A stretch of DNA of 20,937 bases from a virus (taxonomy: Duplodnaviria; Heunggongvirae; Uroviricota; Caudoviricetes), in IMG/VR virus record IMGVR_UViG_2713896832_000003. One strand, written 5' to 3'. A program made the translations under genes and the position numbers. This document shows positions 8,391 to 15,471 of this stretch, in pieces. A model generated the notes under the pieces. It did no database searches. It saw only the letters and a program-made list of their open reading frames with translations, and was not told the DNA's origin. Every line of letters starts with the position of its first letter. The first letter of the stretch is position 1.

Positions 8391-8414
8391 GTCCGCTCTG
8401 TGCAAAGAGCGGAC
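8391..8414. repeat. palindromic repeat, copy B (GTCCGCTCTGTGCAAAGAGCGGAC)
   Basis: 8-bp arms GTCCGCTC/GAGCGGAC around an 8-nt spacer; starts 42 nt after the start of copy D. Confidence 0.5.
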
Positions 8415-8727
8415 GTTGGTATGCAAGAGCCCTCCAAAAGTTGATGGTTGGTTTGCAGGGGGGCTTAAAGAAACTGCACTTATCAAGTTGAAGTTCTGTA
8501 TTCAGCGAAATCGTAGCACTCTGACGATAAGTAACTCCGGTACTCCGCTCTTCGATGAAGAACCAGAGTAATCCCCCCGAAAAACCAGCGCATCAAAATT
8601 GGATCTTCAGCGGTAGCTTATCGGCTATCGGAAGTACAGGTGTGGATTCGTGGTGAATTGCTTTGATAATAAACGATTAATACGGAAAAACGCATTAATC
8701 ATTTATTAGCTTTTAGTAAACCACAAT

Positions 8728-10077
8728 TTATTCCGTTTTACATATCATAGTAGTCGATTGGAGAATATAGTTTCTGGGAATGTACTCTTCAAAGTGTTCG
8801 TCCTTTTTAAATACATGAACTACATTTGGGAATAATTGATAGTCAACAGGGTGTATAGCGTTTGGATTATGGTACATGTACATGGCTGTACACCATGGTT
8901 CTTGATAGTTAGGGTCACTTACATCGGCTGAAAATGGATGTGGGGCTGCATCCTGATCAGTTTTAACACCACTGACGTACACTTTGAATCCACTCGCCTC
9001 TACACCTGCAAGAATTCCCATCCGGTTAAACTTAGGTATGGTTGCTTGAGTAGTGAGTAAAACGGCAGAAACATAATTATTTTGTTCTGAGCCAAAAAAG
9101 TTCGACTTGATACTTCTATTTTCATCTGTATGTCTTTCAATAGAAATGCCTGACTCAATATCAATCCCGTACAAATAGCTATGCAAGGCTTCGCTTGAGA
9201 AGGCCATGGACATTCTTTTTGAATAATCCTGCATTGCTATGACAAATGGTTTGTTCTTTGTATGGTTGAGTTCCCAGTAATGAACTTTCTCTGGCTCAGG
9301 GCAATGCCGGACTTTTTTTAATAAACTTCTTGCAAACTTAAAAGGCATGACATTTAGAACATGTTTTCTTAATTCATCCATCTGTTCATCGTTAATGACT
9401 TTTCTTTCAAGAGGGGCTTCTGCTTCAGCAATGCTTACAGCCTCTACAGCAATTTCCACTCCAAATTTAGATAGCAGAAAATCTGGTTGATTGTATTCTC
9501 TATTCATTTCAAAGTCGAGTTCATAAAATACAGCGTTCAAATATAATTCAAATAACCTTGAATTAAATGCATCACTTTGAAAATCCCTTATAAATATTCC
9601 ATCAGGATCTTTGAACCAGTATGCAAGTTCCTCAAGAACAATATATGCAGGGAAATGAAGAGGGTCTTCGAGGAGCATTTTTATATAAACATTCCTTTTT
9701 TTCGCTGGGACCTTACTCAAGAATAATGAAAAAGGTTTGGTTGATTCATCGCCTTGCATGAATGTACCATTTTGGTGCTGCGCCAGCATCTTTGGTATGT
9801 CATCGTTCAAATTATTAAGCAAGACATCCATTGAATCAAATGAAGCCAAGACGTTTATTGCTCTGAATTTTTTATCTAAATCCCGACCTAAGACTATTGC
9901 GTTAAAATCTTTATCAATATTGCATATGATTATTGTGGATAACAATGTTATCCCATTCCCCTCATATTTAAACCAGCGTATCTCCTCAGAAAATGTCTTA
10001 AGGTAAGGTGAGCGACCGTAAAAATAAATATCAAATTGTTCTTTGCTGATCTCACTGAAGTGTAATCCTGCGTTCAT
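8728..10077 (-). CDS. hypothetical protein, 449 aa, no recognised domain
   Basis: Long AT-rich ORF with an AAAAGGAA RBS before the ATG, upstream of and co-oriented with the GIY-YIG gene. A hairpin-plus-T-rich terminator candidate lies on the minus strand around 8672-8700. Confidence 0.7.
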   Translation of the reverse strand: MNAGLHFSEISKEQFDIYFYGRSPYLKTFSEEIRWFKYEGNGITLLSTIIICNIDKDFNAIVLGRDLDKKFRAINVLASFDSMDVLLNNLNDDIPKMLAQHQNGTFMQGDESTKPFSLFLSKVPAKKRNVYIKMLLEDPLHFPAYIVLEELAYWFKDPDGIFIRDFQSDAFNSRLFELYLNAVFYELDFEMNREYNQPDFLLSKFGVEIAVEAVSIAEAEAPLERKVINDEQMDELRKHVLNVMPFKFARSLLKKVRHCPEPEKVHYWELNHTKNKPFVIAMQDYSKRMSMAFSSEALHSYLYGIDIESGISIERHTDENRSIKSNFFGSEQNNYVSAVLLTTQATIPKFNRMGILAGVEASGFKVYVSGVKTDQDAAPHPFSADVSDPNYQEPWCTAMYMYHNPNAIHPVDYQLFPNVVHVFKKDEHFEEYIPRNYILQSTTMICKTE

Positions 10078-10361
10078 ACCAATTCCTTTTCAATGAATAA
10101 TTGGCCTTTAGGAGTGATTCCCTTTGTCTTTAATTCAGTTCTAACTAGTTCTTTAATCCAATAGCCTAAGCTCATCATGCAGTTGGATCATAAGACAACG
10201 CCCTATAGTGCTCGTGATACTATAGGGCATCTGACCACACTGTTAACTGGAGTAACGACTATGGCAGGAATACAGCATAACCAAACTCACCCCAAACTTA
10301 CATAGCGCTTTCTGGCCGTGAGCATAACAAGGTCCACTCCTCGCTCATAAGGGACAACCAT

Positions 10362-10394
10362 ACTCAAATCTCCCACATTGCAGGAGATTTGAGT
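10362..10394 (+). promoter_or_regulatory. 12-bp perfect inverted repeat whose right arm covers the RBS of the recombinase gene
   Basis: ACTCAAATCTCC (10362-10373), 9-nt loop, GGAGATTTGAGT (10383-10394), ending 1 nt before ATG 10395. Would sequester the Shine-Dalgarno sequence in the mRNA. Confidence 0.4.
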
Positions 10395-10997
10395 ATGAAC
10401 ACGTCACCGTGGAACAAAGACCGTATCATAGGCCAAAAAAGACCACTTCAGATATCTCATATCTGGGGTATCCGAATCCGACTTGAACTGGAAGGTAAAA
10501 CTCGCGATTTAGCTCTGTTCAACATGGCCCTGGATAGTAAGCTTCGAGGCTGTGATCTGGTCAAACTCAAAGTATCTGATGTTGCATATGGTGGCTCTGT
10601 TTCAAGCAGAGCAACGGTGTTGCAACAGAAAACCGGTAGCCCTGTTCAATTTGAGATAACCAAAGGGACAAGAGAAGCTGTTGCTGCATTGATACAGCTT
10701 AGCAATTTGCACAGTAAAGACTTCTTGTTTCGGTCTAGGGTCGGAACTAACCAGCACATTTCAACCCGGCAATACAACCGAATCTTTCATGGGGGGGTAG
10801 AAAAGCTTGGTCTCGAAGATTCGCTTTACAGCACACATTCCATGAGAAGAACAAAACCTTACCTGATCTACAAGAAAACCAAGAATCTCCGGGTGATCCA
10901 ACTTCTGTTGGGTCATAAGAAACTGGAAAGCACAGTCCGTTATCTGGGCATTGAAGTCGATGATGCGTTAGAGATTTCTGAATCGATTGAAGTCTAA
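10395..10997 (+). CDS. FimB/FimE-like short tyrosine recombinase (catalytic domain only, ~200 aa)
   Basis: Contains the tyrosine-recombinase catalytic residues in order (LRGCDL; QQKTGSPVQ; HSMRRT; LLLGHKKLESTVRYL) but no N-terminal core-binding domain, the FimB/FimE architecture. The ORF track starts at TTG 10389; ATG 10395 with an AGGAG RBS is more likely. Confidence 0.8.
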   Translation: MNTSPWNKDRIIGQKRPLQISHIWGIRIRLELEGKTRDLALFNMALDSKLRGCDLVKLKVSDVAYGGSVSSRATVLQQKTGSPVQFEITKGTREAVAALIQLSNLHSKDFLFRSRVGTNQHISTRQYNRIFHGGVEKLGLEDSLYSTHSMRRTKPYLIYKKTKNLRVIQLLLGHKKLESTVRYLGIEVDDALEISESIEV

Positions 10998-11003
10998 GGT
11001 TGT

Positions 11004-11025
11004 CAGGGCTGCAACAGCAGCCCTG
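11004..11025. terminator. hairpin just after the recombinase stop (CAGGGCTGC-AACA-GCAGCCCTG)
   Basis: 9-bp perfect stem 7 nt after the TAA; no clear U-tract, so terminator function is uncertain. Confidence 0.35.
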
Positions 11026-11356
11026 TGCCATAAGCGGAAGTATTTAACAACTATCAGTGTTGTTCAACAGATAAAGGGGCACTTGATTTTTTCTGTTCTC
11101 AGGAAATGATAAAAGCGCGTCGGTTCAAGCCTGCTTAACGGGAGTTTGTTAATCCTGTTGCCGTGACGTTTTGACACCATTATGATGGGGAGACACTTAA
11201 TGTATGAAGGTTCCGCCACTTATACCTGTCCAACAACTGCCTCGGATGTTTCTTTGTATGAATAAGTGGTAATGAGTAGTGAATCGCTAACAGTCACCCG
11301 AACAATCGGTGCCTGCAATTAATTCTATATTCTAAACGAGGGGGAGATTATTACAC

Positions 11357-12337
11357 ATGAAATTTAAGGACAAGAACCTTAAGGCTCTCGCGGAATGTAT
11401 CATAGGAGATAATAAGGCATTTCTGTATCGTTCAAGCAGTCACATCACTGAATTTTTCCAGGACTGCGGCATGGATGTTACTCATGACGGATCCACTCGG
11501 TGGAAATGGACGGCCCAGAGGCTTGAAGAACTTCTTTATGAGCCACAGTCAAAGCCACATACTTTGCCGGAAAGGTTTGTTCATGTGCTCAGAACTTTAA
11601 TGTTAAAAGAAGATGCAATGGATGACGATCCAGGAAGATTAAAGGCGCTTGAAGAACTGAACAAGCCTTTGATGCGGGAAGGCTATGAGGCATTCTATGG
11701 TGACGATCGCCTTTTGTATATACGCCATACCGATACCAAAACGGTTTCAGTCAGTAATAACCCTCATCGGCCCTTAACGCCTCACGAAGTAGAATGCAGA
11801 AGGTTACTGACCGCGTTTCTTGATACCTGCTCAGAAGATGAGTTAATAGAAGATATTCTCCTTCCTTTATTCCGGCAACTTGGTTTTCACCGGATAACAG
11901 CAGTGGGACATAAAGATAAAGCGCTGGAATACGGGAAAGACATCTGGATGAAGTTCACACTGCCAACTCAGCATGTTCTTTATTTCGGCATTCAGGCAAA
12001 AAAAGGTAAGTTGGATGCGTCCGGTGCCAGCAAATCTACGAATTCAAACGTGGCAGAAATCTTCAACCAGGTACTGATGATGCTTGGCCATGAAATATTT
12101 GACCCAGAAACAAATAGAAAGGTGCTGGTAGATCATGCCTTTATCGTTGCTGGCGGAGAAATTACTAAACAGGCGAGGAACTGGCTGGGCGGGAAACTTG
12201 ATGCCAGCAAAAGAAGCCAGATAATATTTATGGACCGGGAAGACATTCTTAATTTATATACTGTAAGTAATGTACCTCTGCCAACAGGTGCTCTCATCTC
12301 TGATGATGCCGTTAAGAACGATGATATTCCTTTCTAA
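11357..12337 (+). CDS. hypothetical protein with an Mrr-like (PD-(D/E)xK, D...QxK) nuclease motif in the C-terminal half
   Basis: Strong RBS GAGGGGGAG before the ATG. Motif ...EYGKDIWMKF...HVLYFGIQAKKGKL resembles the Asp...Gln-x-Lys catalytic signature of Mrr-type restriction endonuclease domains; the N-terminal ~160 aa are unassigned. Confidence 0.65.
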   Translation: MKFKDKNLKALAECIIGDNKAFLYRSSSHITEFFQDCGMDVTHDGSTRWKWTAQRLEELLYEPQSKPHTLPERFVHVLRTLMLKEDAMDDDPGRLKALEELNKPLMREGYEAFYGDDRLLYIRHTDTKTVSVSNNPHRPLTPHEVECRRLLTAFLDTCSEDELIEDILLPLFRQLGFHRITAVGHKDKALEYGKDIWMKFTLPTQHVLYFGIQAKKGKLDASGASKSTNSNVAEIFNQVLMMLGHEIFDPETNRKVLVDHAFIVAGGEITKQARNWLGGKLDASKRSQIIFMDREDILNLYTVSNVPLPTGALISDDAVKNDDIPF

Positions 12338-12561
12338 TCAGAAGTACGTCTTTTTCTGAAAGAATACGTGATAGGTAGCCACACCACACCTTTAGTGACC
12401 CCTTAATCTGGTAATATAACAGCCCGTATGAATGTCCGCGGCATCGCGGGCTGAAATTTATTAAAAATACTTATTCATCAAGCTGGAGTAGTTTGCCGAG
12501 TAACTGTAAACGCCCAACTTAACCGGACCATTCACTTTTAGATTGCTACCAGCAAACCAAC

Positions 12562-12585
12562 TTCCGTTTCTCGCTCAAAGCGGAC
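12562..12585. repeat. palindromic repeat, copy C (TTCCGTTTCTCGCTCAAAGCGGAC)
   Basis: Closest to copy D; lies ~225 nt after the Mrr-like gene at the right edge of the AT-rich island. Confidence 0.45.
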
Positions 12586-12764
12586 TAGAAGGTTAGCTTG
12601 CGTCGGACTTGGCGTATTTAAAGAAGTGCTGGTGGTAACTGGTTGTTGTGTTCCATTTCTACAAAACAAAATCACAGAAACTATACCCAATAGTTATATT
12701 GAATCAATGATGAGACAGCCTCATATTTATCAGAACTGGTGTACGTCCAATACAGGAGGTTGTC

Positions 12765-12854
12765 GTGCTGGTTCTCAAATATGCGCTAGCTATTGCGGCT
12801 GTAATGGCAATTTATTGTCTTGCTATTGTTCTTACGGATCGCCTTTCTGATTGA
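12765..12854 (+). CDS. candidate small hydrophobic peptide, 29 aa (MLVLKYALAIAAVMAIYCLAIVLTDRLSD)
   Basis: GTG start 5 nt after a perfect AGGAGG (12754-12759); single predicted transmembrane-like helix. Not in the ORF track because of size; overlaps the listed 12626..12850 Cys-rich ORF in another frame. Confidence 0.3.
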   Translation: MLVLKYALAIAAVMAIYCLAIVLTDRLSD

Positions 12855-13065
12855 TTTTATATTGGCGAGGTGACGGGAGTTAAGTAGAATTGCTGCGGGT
12901 GCTTGAGGCTATCTGCCTCAGGCATGAACACCAAAGGCAGATAGAGAAAAGCCCCAGTTAACATTACGCGTCCTGCAAGACGTTTAACATTAATCTGAGG
13001 CTCAATCTATGAACGGCAAATCTAGGTTAGCCTCTTACGTGCCGAAAGGCAAGGAGAAGCAGGCT

Positions 13066-13221
13066 ATGAAGCAGCAAAAGGCGATGTTAATCGCCCTGAT
13101 CGTCATCTGTTTAACCGTCATAATGACGGCACTGGTAACGAGGAAAGACCTCTGCGAGGTACGAATCCGAACCGGCCAGACGGAGGTCGCTGTCTTCACA
13201 GCTTACGAACCTGAGGAGTAA
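13066..13221 (+). CDS. hokD: Hok/Gef family membrane toxin HokD (RelF)
   Basis: 51-aa product MKQQKAMLIALIVICLTVIMTALVTRKDLCEVRIRTGQTEVAVFTAYEPEE matches recalled HokD; AAGGAG RBS at 13051-13056. The listed ORF 13009..13221 is an in-frame 19-codon upstream extension. Confidence 0.85.
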   Translation: MKQQKAMLIALIVICLTVIMTALVTRKDLCEVRIRTGQTEVAVFTAYEPEE

Positions 13222-13290
13222 GAGACCAGGCGGGGGAGAATCCCTCGCCACCTCTGATGTGTCAGGCATCCTCAACGCACCCGCACTTAA

Positions 13291-13320
13291 CCCGCTTCGG
13301 CGGGTTTTTGTTTTTATTTT
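13291..13320 (+). terminator. rho-independent terminator after hokD
   Basis: CCCGC-TTCG-GCGGG stem-loop followed by TTTTTGTTTTT. Confidence 0.6.
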
Positions 13321-13436
13321 CAACGCGTTTGAAGTTCTGGACGGTGCCGGAATAGAATCAAAAATACTTAAGTAGCGCGCAGGGATAAGAGGGATGGTCC
13401 CTTAAAGGGGAGAGCTAATTATCCGGAAGGATTCTG

Positions 13437-13688
13437 ATGATGAACATCGAAGAACTGCGTAAAATTTTTTGTGAAGATGGCCTCTATGCTGTGTGCGTTG
13501 AAAATGGAAATCTTGTTAGTCATTACCGCATTATGTGTTTGCGAAAGAATGGGGCTGCGTTAATTAATTTTGTGGATGGTCGAGTGACAGACGGATTTAT
13601 CTTGCGCGAAGGTGAGTTTGTCACTTCATTACAGGCACTGAAAGAGATTGGAATAAAAGCAGGCTTTTCAGCTTTTGCAGAAGAATAA
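13437..13688 (+). CDS. rem: Rem-like small protein, 83 aa
   Basis: GGAAGG RBS; 83-aa ORF directly downstream of hokD, matching the size and position of rem in Qin (recalled gene order hokD-rem-ydfU-quuQ). Sequence identity is not independently verified. Confidence 0.5.
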   Translation: MMNIEELRKIFCEDGLYAVCVENGNLVSHYRIMCLRKNGAALINFVDGRVTDGFILREGEFVTSLQALKEIGIKAGFSAFAEE

Positions 13689-13754
13689 ACTCATCTACAA
13701 TCTTGCGCGGGGCTGAACTCCCGCTGAGTAACACCGTGCCACCGGAGAAAACCG

Positions 13755-14033
13755 ATGGCACGCAACGTAAAATATTACAATTCTGATAATTCGCCCGTTC
13801 TTGCCTGCACGCACGAGCGGTATTCTCACGCATTCAAGTCTGAATGGTTCCAGCACCCTCCATGCACTGAAGAGCAGGCTGAATGGATAATTCAGTGTTA
13901 CCGCAGGCGCGGATACGAGGTTAAGAAAGCTCTTAGTCTCGACTACCGTCACTGGATAATCTCAGTCAGATTGCCTTACTCCGAACGCCCACCGCGTCCG
14001 TCCCGTACATTCCAGCAACGCATCTGGAGGTAA
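13755..14033 (+). CDS. hypothetical phage protein, 92 aa
   Basis: GGAGA RBS; its stop overlaps the RBS of the next gene, giving a tight operon with the downstream genes. Confidence 0.55.
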   Translation: MARNVKYYNSDNSPVLACTHERYSHAFKSEWFQHPPCTEEQAEWIIQCYRRRGYEVKKALSLDYRHWIISVRLPYSERPPRPSRTFQQRIWR

Positions 14034-14034
14034 C

Positions 14035-15084
14035 GTGCGGGTATTACTTCGACCTGTTCTGGTACCGGAACTCGGGCTGGTGGTCGTTAAGCCGGGCCGT
14101 GAATCCATGCCGGTATTCCACAATACCCGGGTACTGGTGGAGCCGGAACCGAAAAGCATGCGTAATCTGCCGTCCGGGGTCGTTCCTGCCGTTCGCCAGC
14201 CGCTGGTGGAAGACAAAACATTGCTGCCGTTTTTCAGTAACGCACGGGTAATTCGTGCTGCTGGTGGTGCTGGTGCATTGTCTGACTGGCTGTTGCGCCA
14301 TATTAAATCCTGCCAGTGGCCACACGGCGATTATCATCACAGCGAAACCGTCATTCACCGTTATGGTACCGGCGCAATGGTGTTGTGCTGGCACTGCGAC
14401 AACCAGCTGCGTGACCAGACATCCGAATCACTCGAGCAACTTGCTCATCAAAACCTGTCAGCATGGATGATTGACGTCATCGGTCACGCAATAAGCGGTA
14501 CGCAGGAGCGTGAATTATCTTTGGCTGAATTATCCTGGTGGGCGGTCCGCAATCAGGTGGCGGACGCGCTACCGGAAGCGGTATTACGTGGTTCGCTGGG
14601 GTTGCGTGCGGAAAAAATCCGCTCAATGTACCGTGAAAGCGACATCGTACCGGGAGAGCAGACCGCCAACAGCATACTGAAACAGCGCACAAAAAATCTT
14701 GCGCCGCTGCCTCACGCCCACCAGCAACAGAACCCACCACAGGAAAAGACGGTGGTCAGCATTGCCGTTGATCCTGAGTCTCCGGAATCTTTCATGAAAC
14801 GACCTAAACGTCGCCGCTGGGTTAACGAGAAATACACACGCTGGGTGAAGACACAGCCGTGTGCGTGTTGTGGTAAGCCAGCCGACGATCCCCATCACCT
14901 GATTGGTCATGGTCAGGGCGGAATGGGGACAAAATCTCACGATATTTTCACGCTACCGCTGTGTCGGGAGCATCACAACGAGCTTCATGCGGATCCTCTG
15001 GCGTTCGAAGAAAAGCATGGTTCTCAGGTTGATTTAATTTTTCGTTTTCTTGATCACGCCTTTGCAACTGGCGTGCTTGGGTAA
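14035..15084 (+). CDS. ydfU: YdfU-like (DUF968-type) protein with a C-terminal Cys/His HNH-like motif
   Basis: GTG start 5 nt after GGAGG; 349 aa; C-terminal ...CACCGKPADDPHHLIGHGQGGMGTKSHDIFTLPLCREHHNELH. Sits between rem and rusA/Q as in Qin-type prophages. Confidence 0.75.
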   Translation: MRVLLRPVLVPELGLVVVKPGRESMPVFHNTRVLVEPEPKSMRNLPSGVVPAVRQPLVEDKTLLPFFSNARVIRAAGGAGALSDWLLRHIKSCQWPHGDYHHSETVIHRYGTGAMVLCWHCDNQLRDQTSESLEQLAHQNLSAWMIDVIGHAISGTQERELSLAELSWWAVRNQVADALPEAVLRGSLGLRAEKIRSMYRESDIVPGEQTANSILKQRTKNLAPLPHAHQQQNPPQEKTVVSIAVDPESPESFMKRPKRRRWVNEKYTRWVKTQPCACCGKPADDPHHLIGHGQGGMGTKSHDIFTLPLCREHHNELHADPLAFEEKHGSQVDLIFRFLDHAFATGVLG

Positions 15085-15096
15085 AAGAGGTGACTG

Positions 15097-15471
15097 ATGC
15101 TCATAGATTTGGTTTTACCTTACCCGCCGACGGTGAACACTTACTGGCGACGCCGTGGCAGCACATATTTTATCTCGGAGGAGGGAAAGCGTTATCGCCG
15201 GGCTGTGGCGCTTATTGTTCGCCAGCAGCGGCTGAAATTAAGCCTGTCCGGAAGGCTGGCGATAAAGGTGATTGCAGAGCCACCGGATAAGCGTCGTCGC
15301 GACCTGGACAATATCCTGAAAGCACCGCTGGATGCGCTGACGCATGCGGGAGTGTTAATGGACGATGAGCAGTTTGATGAAATCAATATCGTTCGTGGTC
15401 AGCCAGTATCTGGTGGACGTCTGGGGGTGAAGATTTACCCCATAATGCATGAAGAGCAGGTCAAAAAATGA
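15097..15471 (+). CDS. rusA: RusA Holliday junction resolvase
   Basis: 124 aa with LPYPPTVNTYW ... RRDLDNILKAPLDALTHAGVLMDDEQF, the characteristic RusA motifs; AAGAGG RBS. Confidence 0.9.
   Translation: MLIDLVLPYPPTVNTYWRRRGSTYFISEEGKRYRRAVALIVRQQRLKLSLSGRLAIKVIAEPPDKRRRDLDNILKAPLDALTHAGVLMDDEQFDEINIVRGQPVSGGRLGVKIYPIMHEEQVKK

Noticed and set aside
8335-8571. 78-aa plus-strand ORF in the spacer upstream of the GIY-YIG gene
   Set aside because: Spans the two palindromic repeat copies D and B, has no RBS and a low-complexity translation; more likely regulatory DNA.
9737-11031. ORF 9737..10006 (+) inside the 449-aa gene and ORF 10747..11031 (-) inside the recombinase gene
   Set aside because: Embedded antisense ORFs with no independent support.
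13111-13952. Minus-strand ORFs 13111..13323, 13621..13833 and 13695..13952 overlapping hokD, the rem-like gene and the 92-aa gene
   Set aside because: Antisense to plus-strand genes that have RBSs and a coherent operon arrangement.
14044-14940. ORFs 14044..14394 (-), 14255..14470 (+), 14477..14740 (-) and 14623..14940 (-) overlapping the ydfU-like gene
   Set aside because: Embedded in or antisense to the 349-aa gene, which has a proper RBS and operon context; no motifs.
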